Positions 1 to 12,336 of a DNA stretch of 64,000 bases are shown here, piece after piece. Position numbers and translations under genes: made by a program. Numbering within the stretch: position 1 is the first letter of the stretch; each line of letters starts with the position of its first letter. Origin of the DNA: Eledone cirrhosa (taxonomy: Eukaryota); contig OZ024742.1 of NCBI GenBank assembly GCA_964016885.1, positions 223,324,001-223,388,000 on the forward strand, written 5' to 3'. The notes beneath the pieces are model-generated. The model saw only the letters and a list, made by a program, of their open reading frames with translations, was not told where the DNA came from and made no database searches.

Positions 1-3000
1 ACAACAGTAGTAATATAGACATTAGTTACCTAGGTATATACTAACAACAGTAGTAATATAGACATTAGTTACTTAGGTATATACTAACAACAGTAGTAGT
101 ATAGACATTAGTTACCTAGAGATATACGAACAACAGTAGTAATATAGACATTAGTTACCTAGAGATATACGAACAACAGTAGTAATATAGACATTAGTTA
201 CTTAGGTATATACTAACAACAGTAGTAATATAGACATTAGTTACCTAGGTATATACTAACAACAGTAGTAATATAGACATTAGTTACCTAGGTATATACT
301 AACAACAATAGTAATATAGACATTAGTTACCTAGGTATATACTAACAACAGTAGTAATATAGACATTAGTTACCTAGGTATATACTAACAACAGTAGTAA
401 TACAGACATTAGTTACCTAGGTATATACTAACAACAATAGTAATATAGACATTAGGTACCTAGAGATATACTAACAACAGTAGTAATATAGATATTAGTT
501 ACCTAGAGATGTACTAACAACAGTAGTAGTATAGACATTAGTTACCTAGGTATATACTAACAACAGTAGTAATATAGACATTAGTTACTTAGGTATATAC
601 TAACAACAGTAGTAATATAGACATTAGTTACCTAGGTATATACTAACAACAGTAGTAATATAGACATTAGGTACCTAGAGATATACTAACAAAAGTAGTA
701 ATATAGACATTAGGTACCTAGAGATATACTAACAACAGTAGTAATATAGACATTAGTTACCTAGGTATATACTAACAACAGTAGTAATATAGACATTAGG
801 TACCTAGAGATATACTAACAACAGTAGTAATATAGACATTAGTTACCTAGGTATATACTAACAACAGTAGTAATATAGACATTAGTTACCTAGGTATATA
901 CTAACAACAGTAGTAATATAGACATTAGTTACTTAGGTATATACTAACAACAGTAGTAGTATAGACATTAGTTACCTAGAGATATACGAACAACAGTAGT
1001 AATATAGACATTAGTTACCTAGAGATATACGAACAACAGTAGTAATATAGACATTAGTTACTTAGGTATATACTAACAACAGTAGTAATATAGACATTAG
1101 TTATCTAGGTATATACTAACAACAATAGTAATATAGACATTAGTTACCTAGGTATATACTAACAACAGTAGTAATATAGACATTAGTTACCTAGGTATAT
1201 ACTAACAACAATAGTAATATAGACATTAGTTACCTAGGTATATACTAACAACAGTAGTAATATAGACATTAGTTACCTAGGTATATACTAACAACAGTAG
1301 TAATATAGACATTAGTTACCTAGGTATATACTAACAACAATAGTAATATAGACATTAGGTACCTAGAGATATACTAACAACAGTAGTAATATAGACATTA
1401 GTTACCTAGGTATATACTAACAACAGTAGTAATATAGATATTAGTTACCTAGAGATGTACTAACAACAGTAGTAGTATAGACATTAGTTACCTAGGTATA
1501 TACTAACAACAGTAGTAATATAGACATTAGTTACCTAGGTATATACTAACAACAGTAGTAATATAGACATTAGTTACCTAGGTATATACTAACAACAGTA
1601 GTAATATAGACATTAGGTACCTAGAGATATACTAACAACAGTAGTAATATAGACATTAGGTACCTAGAGATATACTAACAACAGTAGTAATATAGACATT
1701 AGTTACCTAGGTATATACTAACAACAATAGTAATATAGACATTAGGTACCTAGAGATATACTAACAACAGTAGTAATATAGACATTAGTTACCTAGGTAT
1801 ATACTAACAACAGTAGTAATATAGACATTAGGTACCTAGAGATATACTAACAACAGTAGTAATATAGACATTAGTTACCTAGGTATATACTAACAACAGT
1901 AGTAATATAGACATTAGTTACCTAGGTATATACTAACAACAATAGTAATATAGACATTAGTTACCTAGGTATATACTAACAACAGTAGTAATATAGACAT
2001 TAGTTACCTAGGTATATACTAACAACAGTAGTAATATAGACATTAGTTACCTAGGTATATACTAACAACAATAGTAATATAGACATTAGTTACCTAGGTA
2101 TATACTAACAACAGTAGTAATATAGACATTAGTTACCTAGAGATATACTAACAACAATAGTAATATAGACATTAGTTACTTAGGTATATACTAACAACAG
2201 TAGTAATATAGACATTAGGTACCTAGAGATATACTAACAACAGTAGTAATATAGACATTAGGTACCTAGAGATGTACTAACAACAGTAGTAATATAGACA
2301 TTAGTTACCTAGGTATATACTAACAACAGTAGTAATATAGACATTAGTTACCTAGGTATATACTAACAACAATAGTAATATAGACATTAGTTACCTAGGT
2401 ATATACTAACAACAGTAGTAATATAGACATTAGCTACCTAGAGATATACTAACAACAGTAGTAATATAGACATTAGTTACCTAGAGATATACTAACAACA
2501 GTAGTAGTATAGACATTAGTTACCTAGGTATATACTAACAACAGTAGTAATATAGACATTAGGTACCTAGAGATATACTAACAACAGTAGTAATATAGAC
2601 ATTAGTTACCTAGGTATATACTAACAACAGTAGTAATATAGACATTAGTTACCTAGGTATATACTAACAACAGTAGTAATATAGACATTAGTTACCTAGG
2701 TATATACTAACAACAGTAGTAATATAGACATTAGTTACTTAGGTATATACTAACAACAGTAGTAATATAGACATTAGTTACCTAGAGATATACTAACAAC
2801 AATAGTAATATAGACATTAGTTACCTAGAGATATACTAACAACAATAGTAATATAGACATTAGTTACCTAGGTATATACTAACAACAGTAGTAATATAGA
2901 CATTAGTTACCTAGGTATATACTAACAACAGTAGTAATATAGACATTAGGTACCTAGAGATGTACTAACAACAGTAGTAATATAGACATTAGGTACCTAG

Positions 3001-4170
3001 GTATATACTAACAACAGTAGTAATATAGACATTAGGTACCTAGGTATATACTAACAACAATAGTAATATAGACATTAGGTACCTAGATATATACTAACAA
3101 CAATAGTAATATAGACATTAGGTACCTAGGTATATACTAACAACAGTAGTAATATAGACATTAGTTACCTAGGTATATACTAACAACAGTAGTAATATAG
3201 ACATTAGTTACCTAGGTATATACTAACAACAGTAGTAATATAGACATTAGTTACCTAGGTATATACTAACAACAGTAGTAATATAGACACTAGTTACCTA
3301 GAGATATACTAACAACAGTAGTAATATAGACATTAGGTACCTAGATATATACTAACAACAGTAGTAATATAGACATTAGGTACCCAGGTATATACTAACA
3401 ACAATAGTAATATAGACATTAGTTACCTAGGTATATACTAACAACAATAGTAATATAGACATTAGTTACCTAGGTATATACTAACAACAGTAGTAATATA
3501 GACATTAGGTACCTAGAGATATACTAACAACAGTAGTAATATAGACATTAGGTACCTAGGTATATACTAACAACAATAGTAATATAGACATTAGGTACCT
3601 AGGTATATACTAACAACAGTAGTAATATAGACATTAGGTACCTAGGGATATACTAACAACAGTAGTAATATAGACATTAGGTACCTAGGTATATACTAAC
3701 AACAGTAGTAATATAGACATTAGGTACCTAGGTATATACTAACAGCAGTAGTAATAGAGACATTAGTTACCTAGGTATATACTAACAACAGTAGTAATAT
3801 AGACATTAGTTACCTAGGTATATACTAACAACAGTAGTAATATAGACATTAGTTACCTAGGTATATACTAACAACAATAGTAATATAGACATTAGGTACC
3901 TAGGTATATACTAACAACAATAGTAATATAGACATTAGGTACCTAGGTATATACTAACAACAATAGTAATATAGACATTAGGTACTTAGGTATATACTAA
4001 CAACAGTAGTAATATAGACATTAGGTACTTAGGTATATACTAACAACAGTAGTAACATAGACATTAGGTACCTAGGTATATACTAACAACAGTAGTAATA
4101 TAGACATTAGGTACCTAGGTATATACTAACAACAATAGTAATATAGACATTAGGTACTTAGGTATATACT
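1..4170. repeat. 43-bp tandem satellite, about 97 copies in window (continues off the left edge); one more partial unit at 4931-4972
   Basis: Unit acaacagtagtaatatagacattagttacctaggtatatacta with a few recurrent variants (ttacc/gtacc, aggta/agaga, cagta/caata). Confidence 0.99.
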
Positions 4171-4930
4171 TGTAGCGAAATTGTCCGCGCCTTGAACTTT
4201 GGGTGATACCTAAAGATCAAATTCTAGGTCACCACATTTATTGTGTTAACAGGTTGATGCGTTGGCTGACCCCTCAAGGTGGGGCACAAGAAGCGATAGC
4301 TATATGAAGCCTGTGCTATTATCCCACTAAAGGAGATATATCGGAGCATTACAGCTATAACAAGCTATGTAAGGATTTACTGCTTTGAATAGACCCCAGG
4401 ATCTACAGACACAGATATCGAAGCACTAGGATACAGAACTAACTATGTAAAGATTCACCACTATTCAACAGACCTCATGAGGTCAACAGATACACCCAGA
4501 GCGATTGGGACCCTACTACTACAGAACACAAATGTGGAAGATTCTCCGCTGTCTGCAAGCCACGGTAGTTCACAGTTACTACAGACCATTCAGAGATATA
4601 CATACCATATCTCTCTCTTACTAACACAGTCTCACAACTACTACCACGGTCTCCAAATTCCAACAACAACAACAATTATCTGTCGCTCGCTGCTTTCACA
4701 CCAACAACAACAACAGCCTCACATCAGAAACAATAACAATGTCAACAACTCTTGGTAACTGTTTTATATGTACTTTTTAATTGATTCAAGTGAAGTAAAC
4801 TATATATAACCAAATCACATATTCTTTATATTCTTCATATTCTCGTTATTACATTTAACAATTTTATTACCATATCAACTAATAACCACACATAACCATT
4901 CTAACTTTTCATTTTTAACCCTTCGTTAAA
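4171..4930. mobile_element. Probable solo LTR (760 bp) inserted into the satellite
   Basis: Starts TGTAGCGAA, ends TTCGTTAAA (7/9 inverted match); 4-bp TSD TACT at 4167-4170 and 4931-4934; satellite phase resumes afterwards. Confidence 0.75.
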
Positions 4931-4964
4931 TACTAACAACAGTAGTAATTTAGACATTAGTTAC

Positions 4965-5073
4965 CTAGAGATGCCAGGAATTCATGGCAGCCTGGGATCT
5001 GCCACAACTTCACATTGATGGGAACTTCTATGATACTTTCTTTGGCTGTAACTCTGTTGAGGATATCATGTAG
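4965..5073 (-). CDS. TTC28: TTC28 exon (LHDILNRV...VKLWQIPGCHEFLASL)
   Basis: tttcag acceptor, TAG|gtaact donor, 109 nt; LWxxPGCHEFLAxLG motif. Confidence 0.92.
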
Positions 5074-5100
5074 CTGAAATATAGACATGCAGATAGACAC

Positions 5101-5137
<37 letters not shown>

Positions 5138-5194
5138 TGTATTATAAAAAAAAGAGAGACATAGACACACACATATATATGTATGTATATATAT

Positions 5195-6085
5195 TTCAAG
5201 GAGGGAAGCAGAAAGTAAAAAGTTTATGTATGGTGTGTGACGTGAGGACCAAAGATATGAGTTGTTCAGGATTGCGTGGTAATTGTTGAGAAGTGTGTCT
5301 GAGATTATAATGGTACACTTGCCCTCACTGAAACAAAAAAAAAAAGGCAGCATGGAAGTGTGAAAAAAAAAAGGCAGCATGTATGTGGAAGATGCACAGG
5401 GGTAACTGAAGGGAATAGCACCAGTGATGTAAACCTATTCTAGTCGCTGGAAAGACAAAGAGAAGTGGTTGAAAGTTACTGTTATCTAGTTGATACAATT
5501 AGCAACAGAGGAGGATGCTCTGAGAGCATAATAGCTAGAATAAGGATAGAATGGAAAAGGTTTAGAGAATTACTCCCAGTGTTGACCACCAAAGGTTTCT
5601 CCCTATGTAGAAAAGGATGACTGCATGACACCTGTGTGCAAAGTGCAATGCTGCATGGTAGTGAAACATGGGCTGTGACTGTGGAGGACATACATAGACT
5701 GGAGAGAAATGAATCAACCATGCTATGTTGGATGTACAATGTAAGTGTAAGAGAAAGGCAGAGCTTGCATGAGGAAGGAGAAATTAGGTTTATGAGGAAT
5801 CCGAGGTGGTGTGCAGGAGAGAAGACTGCATTGGCATTAACATGTGATGCACATGGATAGAGATCGCTGGGTAAAGAGGTGCCAGGAAATGCCAGTGGAA
5901 GGAAGCCCCAATAGAGGATGACCAAGAAAGACTTGAGCAGAGGTTGTGAGAGCTGACTTCAAATCACTGAAACTCACTGAAAAGATGATGAAGGAACATG
6001 TCAAGTGGAGAGATATCGTGCTGAGGAGGATCTGTCCAACTCATGCAAGCATGGAAAAATGGATGTAAAATCCATAATGATGATA
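5195..6085 (+). mobile_element. Degenerate RTE-clade LINE fragments (3' region)
   Basis: SAMLHGSETWAVTVED..RLERNE peptide; catgcaagcatggaaaaatggatg tail; stops and frameshifts. Confidence 0.85.
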
Positions 6086-6309
6086 ATAATGTTGTACCTA
6101 TAACAATATCAATCTGAGTGCCCTCAGTTCTTGGTATTTTAGTGTCAAATTTACATCGACCGGTTATGGTCAACGAGTTGATATTTTCATATATCAATAT
6201 AATTACATTGTATATATGTGTATGTGTCATGTAATTGATATATACATATCAAATGTATGTTTAACTAATGACTTCAACATTTTATATGAAAGTATATAAT
6301 TATAAATAC

Positions 6310-6386
6310 CGTTGTTATTATAGCTTCACCAGCTTCATAATTAGCTAAAAATTCAGACATGGATGTAATGGAATTGGATGGGAGAC
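6310..6386 (-). CDS. TTC28: TTC28 small exon (LPSNSITSMSEFLANYEAGEAIITT)
   Basis: ttgtag acceptor, gtattt donor (weak), 77 nt, phase 1 to 0 bridging neighbours. Confidence 0.8.
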
Positions 6387-6654
6387 CTACAAATAGAATA
6401 ACATTTATACATATATGAGAATATATCAAACAGTTGAAGTATATGTTAAATATATATCTGTACAGATAGAGTACTGGATTATCTGAGATTTCATATATGT
6501 GTATATAATACACACATTGACTACATAGAAATATAAACAACAAATTTCCACATTTCCATTCAAACACACACTTGCCCACACACACTCAGACATACACACA
6601 ATAACATTTTATAAATAGCTTACCCAAGAGGGCTTACAGACTTACACTGGCTCT

Positions 6655-6693
<39 letters not shown>

Positions 6694-6932
6694 TTATATA
6701 TATATAATGTGGTTGGTGTTAGGAAGGGCATCCAGCCATAGAAAACCTGCCAGATACAGTGCCATAGGAGCGAGACACGGTCACCTGATCAATCTTGCCT
6801 CAAGTGGGACTATTCCCGTCTAACCCATGCTAGCGTGGAAGATCTAGCGGTTGAAACGGCTGGAGCTCGGCTGTCAGGGTCCTGAATCTTTTCATATATA
6901 TATGTAGAAAGAGACATAGTGAAAGAACTTAC

Positions 6933-7164
6933 CCAACAGAGCTTGGAGACTTGCACTGGCCCTTGTTAACCTGTCACCGGGGTCTGTCTGAGGAAAAAAT
7001 ACAGCCACAGGCAAGCCATTTGTTGCTGATTCAAAGCGAAATCCCACCGAATGTAGTAGATCCTTCCAGCCATTGATCTGACCAACTTTATTCTCAATAC
7101 TTTGATACATGGTGTACATAGGGTTCTTAGCACCTTGGTGAATTCTTTGAAGGGATTTTTCAAT
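6933..7164 (-). CDS. TTC28: TTC28 exon (IEKSLQRIHQG...SLQALL)
   Basis: tcacag acceptor, gtaagt donor, 232 nt, phase 0 to 1. Confidence 0.93.
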
Positions 7165-7640
7165 CTGTGACAGAAAATTTTAAACATTTTAACATTTTTA
7201 ACCGTTTTAATACCATATTTCTAATGATTCTCAAATAATTTTGAAAATACTCAAAGATTAGGAGAGATTTAGCAATAGAACTTTCTTATTAATCTGGTGT
7301 TTGGAATGTAACTTAAAGTTTCTTACATAAAATTATAATGGAAGGGTTTAGATAAATATAAACATTTTAACCCTTTCATTATCATATTTCTAATGAAAGT
7401 CATTGCCTGAATTTTTTAATAAATTTTGAAAATATTTAAGAATTTAGAATGACTTATAAATTTGGAAAGATTTATTAATATAACCTATTTTCTAATTATT
7501 AAACTGATGTTTCGATCATAACTTAATAAAGGTTTTTACATAAAATTATGATGAAAGGTTTTTCAATAAATATAAATATTTTGCTTAAGAATCATGAGGC
7601 GATGCTGTAAAATGAAAGTTGTTATTAAAGTCTGTGTGAA

Positions 7641-7853
7641 GGTGGTGGATTGGCAAAGTTGTTAGAGTGTTGGACAAAAGCTTAGCATTATTTGTTCAGG
7701 CTCCTTACATTCTGAGTTCAAATCCTACCACAGTCAACTTTACCTTTCATCCTTCTGGGGTCAATAAAATAAAGTACCAGTGCAATACTGGGGTCGATTT
7801 AACTGACTTTCCTCTCCCCCACAAATTGCTGGCTTTTGCCTAAATTAGAAACC
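7641..7853 (+). mobile_element. tRNA-derived SINE with Meta-like core
   Basis: A/B-box-like head (gagttcaaatcc) followed by cctttcatccttctggggtcaataaaataaagtaccag core repeated throughout the window. Confidence 0.8.
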
Positions 7854-8018
7854 TTAATTAAAGTGTGAGATGAATTACTTACTAGAACACAATATGCCAC
7901 CCAATCCAGGAATCAAACCAACAAAATTATGATTGTGAGTCCAATACTCTAACCACTAGGCCACATTGTATAATGAAAATTGTTATTAAATTAAGATGGT
8001 AAAAGATGGTTTACTTAC

Positions 8019-8972
8019 TAGATGTAAAAGAACTCTCATTGAGTCCCGGCATTGGTTTGGAGACTGGAGAAGTTCACAGATGGCATGTCCCATGAGGGCC
8101 ATCTTACTGCTAAGTGTGACATCTTTACCAACAAGGACCCAGCCACCCCAATTACTAGGGTGACTGAACTGTTTTACAGCCTGTACAGCTTTAATTGCCA
8201 TATGTAGGGCCTGTGTTACAGTACGGCCCTCTTGTAACATCAAGTACATTGTCTTCATTAATAACTTTGAAGCTTGGTCAGGGACTTGCCACAGTGAATA
8301 CAACACACATTCTGCTCCAACTGATAAGAGAGCTCTGGTCAATCCTACAACACCATCAGAATTGATCCTACCTGCACGGTCGTGAGTATGACCAGAGTTT
8401 AAAACAACTAGCTTAGCATGTAACTTCAAGTTCAAGATATCTGCAGCAGTGAGAAGATATTCTGATAAAGATGGTGAATCTAATGAGCTGACATTATTGC
8501 CACTGTCAAGTTCATAGGCAGAATTGAACTGTGAGGCAGATGATGAAGATGATGCAAGATCTCCAGGAGAGAGAATAATAGCAGACAACTTCCATGAAAT
8601 GTGGGCTGAGATATGAATAACCTCAACATGTTCTATCTGGTGAAGGGTGGCTGATTTGGTGGCTTCAAGTCCAATGAGAGGTTTGGCTGTCAGGAGTTCC
8701 GCAACTATCCTGGCTTCATACTCTGATCCAGGAATGTCTTTAAGCTGCCACTGTTGTTGGATTGCAGGGGTCAGTTTGGGGTTACCGATCACAATGGCAC
8801 CAGAGGAGTCAATGGTAGGACGACCATTGGCAGATTGATGGCTGCATGGTTGTATAGCTGTTATTGAGGGCATGATGATTAAGTTGAATCTCTCAAATAA
8901 ATGGTAGTTGTTTTCACTGCGTCTCAACATGGCAAATGGTACTAAATATAGATCACCTTGAAGAACCAATAC
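8019..8972 (-). CDS. TTC28: TTC28 CHAT-domain exon (VLVLQGDLYLVPF...MRVLLHL)
   Basis: pyrimidine tract + aag acceptor, gtaagt donor, 954 nt; CHAT motifs IHISAH, LTAADI, LVVLNSG, SLWQVPD, HPSNWGGW. Confidence 0.95.
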
Positions 8973-9609
8973 CTTTAGAGAGAAAAAGAGAAGAGAGGAA
9001 ACAAGTATTAATAGCATATAAGAGAGAGAGGGGGAGAGAGGGGGAGTGAGAGAGAGAGGGGGGAGAGGGAGGGGGAGAAATATGGAATGTAAGAGAGAGA
9101 GAGAGACAGAGAGTAAGTGAATGTAAGTAACTGTAGACTGTTTTAGAAAGAAACTAGAGTGAAAGGGTTAATTATGGCTGTGTGGTTAAGGAGTTTCCTT
9201 TGCAACAAAGTGGTCTTGGGTTCTGTCTTATTGCATAGCATCTTTGACAAGAATTTAAGTGCTCTCTACTATAGTTTCAGGCCAAACAATGCATGTAAGC
9301 AAACACTCTAAGGAAGCCCACTGTGTGTGTGTCATTATCTTTTCTTTAATCCAGTAAGGATTTAGCAGAAAACATCTATAAAAAAGAGGTCTGTTAATTC
9401 ACATGTTTATAGTATCTTTGCTAATGGACTGATTGTTGTGAAAATTTGCAGTGTTAGACTTTAATTTTTAATGTGCTGCAGTTATAGCGTTATTTTGTAC
9501 TTTTCAAGAATTTCTTGTTAATGTGGTTTCATGTGGTACAGGATATTAAGAGTTAAAAATATATATATTAAAAAAAATTTTGAAATTTCTGGGTAATATT
9601 AGAACTAAC

Positions 9610-10000
9610 CAGATTCTTGTTATCAACTCCATCCATTGCAGTTTGTAAAGATTCCTCAATTGGTGCAAATAAGAGTTCATAAAGTGCAGTAATTGGTGAC
9701 TTGTCTTTTAGTCTGTTCCTCATACCATTTTGTATGTTCCCAATAGTTGGGTTGATACCATTCAAACCAGCAGACAGGCTAAATAAACTAGACAAGCTAT
9801 AGTTGCTGCTGTTTAGAATATGGTTCCGATTGACCATTCTTAAGAACCCAGTTCTGTCATTTTCTGCATTCAATTTATCACCAATTTCTTCCAACTGTTG
9901 CTGCCAAGATTCTTCAGAGTCCTGGTTATCGAGACTACCGAAGCTGCTACTGCCTGCCATTCCACTATGAATAGTGGAACGGGAACATGATCTTGAGAGC
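9610..10000 (-). CDS. TTC28: TTC28 exon (LSRSCSR...GFLRMVNRN...LYELLFAPIE...NKNL)
   Basis: tgctag acceptor, gttagt donor, 391 nt, phase 2 to 0 matching both neighbours. Confidence 0.88.
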
Positions 10001-10239
10001 CTAGCAAAGTAGATAAAAAGAATGTGACATTGTTACACTTTGGGAGGGCCATGTTGTCAAAACACATCTGCTGGTTGAGTTTCACATAATCATTATCATC
10101 CTCATCACAATTTAATGTCCATTTTCCATGCTTGCATGGGTTAGACAAGTTGTCATGTTCTGAGGCTATACCAGTCAAGTGACCATGTCTTACTCATAGA
10201 TTCCATTTTTAGCATGGCTTCTATGGCTGGATGCTCTTC

Positions 10240-10670
10240 CTAATGCCAACCATTTTACAGAGTGTACTAGAAATATTTTATCATGTCTCCAGCACGACCA
10301 CCTTACAAGGTAGGCTAGATACTTTTTGTCATGGTACCAGCACTACCATCTTAAAGAGTGGACTGGGTGCTTTTTGTCATGACACAAGATCTACCACCTT
10401 AAAGGGTAAATTGAGTGCTTTTCATTTTGGCACCAGCACTAGCATCTTACAAGGTGGACTGAATGTTTTTCATTATGGTACCAGTGCTACCAAATTACAG
10501 AATGAACTGAATGTTTTTCATCATGTCACCAAGGTGGATTGAGTGTTTTTCATCTTGGCACCAGCACTATTACCTTACAGGGTGGACTGGGTACTTTTCT
10601 TTTTGGTGTCAGCTATATAACCTGACAGGGTGTACTGGATGCTTTTCTTGCAATGCTAGCACTAACTCTT
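10240..10670 (-). repeat. Old diverged tandem array of the RTE 3' UTR subrepeat
   Basis: Several degenerate gtggactgggtgctttttgtcatg..cacc units. Confidence 0.7.
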
Positions 10671-11110
10671 TATCTACTGGTTGCAAGAAATGGTCTCCAG
10701 TCCTGCCTAGTCTCAGAGCATGACAATCCCTCCAACCCATGCCATCATGGAAAATGGATGCAAAATGATGATGAGGCAGATCTCAAAATGATTCATATAA
10801 AACAACATTTTTAATTATTAATTATATTTTATAAACATCTAGGTGACATAAGAAACATTAGGAAAATCTGAAATTTGAAATGCATTGCTCCAATGTAAAT
10901 GACTATAACAATAGTTGATCACTATAATAATAATTAAGTATAGGCACCGCTGTCCAATTTTTCATCTCCAGGGGTACTTTACCTGATTTTCTTTATTATG
11001 ATCAATTATTACTATAGTCATTTACATTAGGATGACTACATTTCAAATTTCAATTATATTTTAATTTTGTAAATAAAACAAAACTTTGTGAGTAACTTTG
11101 TGAAACCTAC

Positions 11111-11282
11111 TTTGTCTGGCCTGCACTAGGGTCATGGCCTTCCACCCCTATAGATTCTCGGACATCTCCAACATATTGGTCAAGTAACGAAACTGTGGAA
11201 CCAGCTAAACTCTGAGTATCAATTGTATCTGAACTGTTTGACTCTATTTCAGCCATATTGCACTGGTGAAATTTTATAATAC
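11111..11282 (-). CDS. TTC28: TTC28 exon (IIKFHQC...VRESIGVE...GQT)
   Basis: tttcag acceptor, gtaggt donor, 172 nt, phase 1 to 2. Confidence 0.88.
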
Positions 11283-11482
11283 CTGAAATAACAATACAAA
11301 AGACATTTTGGTTATTTAAATTACAATTTGACACATTTCAGAGTATATATGCATTGGGATATTTTAGTAATGAATCTAATTCATTCCAGAATCTCAGTCA
11401 TTACCACATTAATTAAAATATGAGTCAATTCTATATAAGAAACATTGAGAAAATTTTGAATTTTGAAAGTGTGTTAGTTTAA

Positions 11483-11690
11483 CCCTTTAGCATTTAAATT
11501 GGCTGTATCCAACCAGAATTCCCTCACCTCTTTCTGTTCAAACCAGCCATAACCAGCTGCTCATACTTATGTAAAGGTATTATTCTCAAAATAAATAACA
11601 TAAAAATCTCATAGATTCGATATTATGTGAGATAAAGTGTTTACTGTGAAAATACAATAGTATATATAGAGTAATGTAAATGGTAAAGGG
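11483..11690. mobile_element. piggyBac-like MITE
   Basis: TTAA on both sides; TIRs ccctttagcattta / taaatggtaaaggg. Confidence 0.75.
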
Positions 11691-12069
11691 TTAAAGTAGT
11701 CTGCTTCAACACAGGTTTTTGACTATGAAAAATAGTTGAACAAGTTAGGCATATAAGCTCCTAGAGAAGGAAAAGGTGGACAGTATAACCTAATAAATGA
11801 AACATCATCATCATCAACAACAAGTGTTTTAAGGCCATTTTCCCTGCTAAAGCAGGGGTTACCTTTCCAAGATCCACCACAAGCTTTTCCATCTATCTCA
11901 CAGATATTGTCCACTTATTCCATCTCTAGGGGTAATATGTCCAACTTGTTCAACTATTTTTTATACTCAAAAACCTGTGTCGAAGCAGCTTATTTTCAAA
12001 ATTCAAAATATGAGTATTTAGAGACAGTTGTGTTTTAAACCTTCAACCAATACTGAAAGAGTGTACACC

Positions 12070-12336
12070 AAGAAGCGGGCCGCATGAGATATGGCTCATC
12101 ATCAGGCGGGCAGCAAGCGCTAATTTACATTCGTGCCCACATAAAAAAGAGGGCGGTAACTCAGGTTGTTTTGAGTTATTTCTTCAGAATTCGTACATAT
12201 TTTTCTCAGTCATAAAAATGATAGAAAAATAAATTATGACTGAAAAGTTGAGGTAAAAAATTCAGAAAGATTTCACCTAGGTGACTTAGGCGAGCCATTC
12301 AGAAAGCTTTGTGGGCCATAGGTTGCCCATGACTGG
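12070..12336. mobile_element. hAT/Charlie-like DNA transposon end fragment
   Basis: gcgggccgcat motif and terminal gggccataggttgcccatgactg resembling a Charlie TIR. Confidence 0.5.

Noticed and set aside
1-4170. CRISPR-like array
   Set aside because: Units are head-to-tail with no unique spacers; no cas genes; eukaryotic intron context.
4475-4758. Short ORFs inside the solo LTR
   Set aside because: Low-complexity, no recognisable domain.
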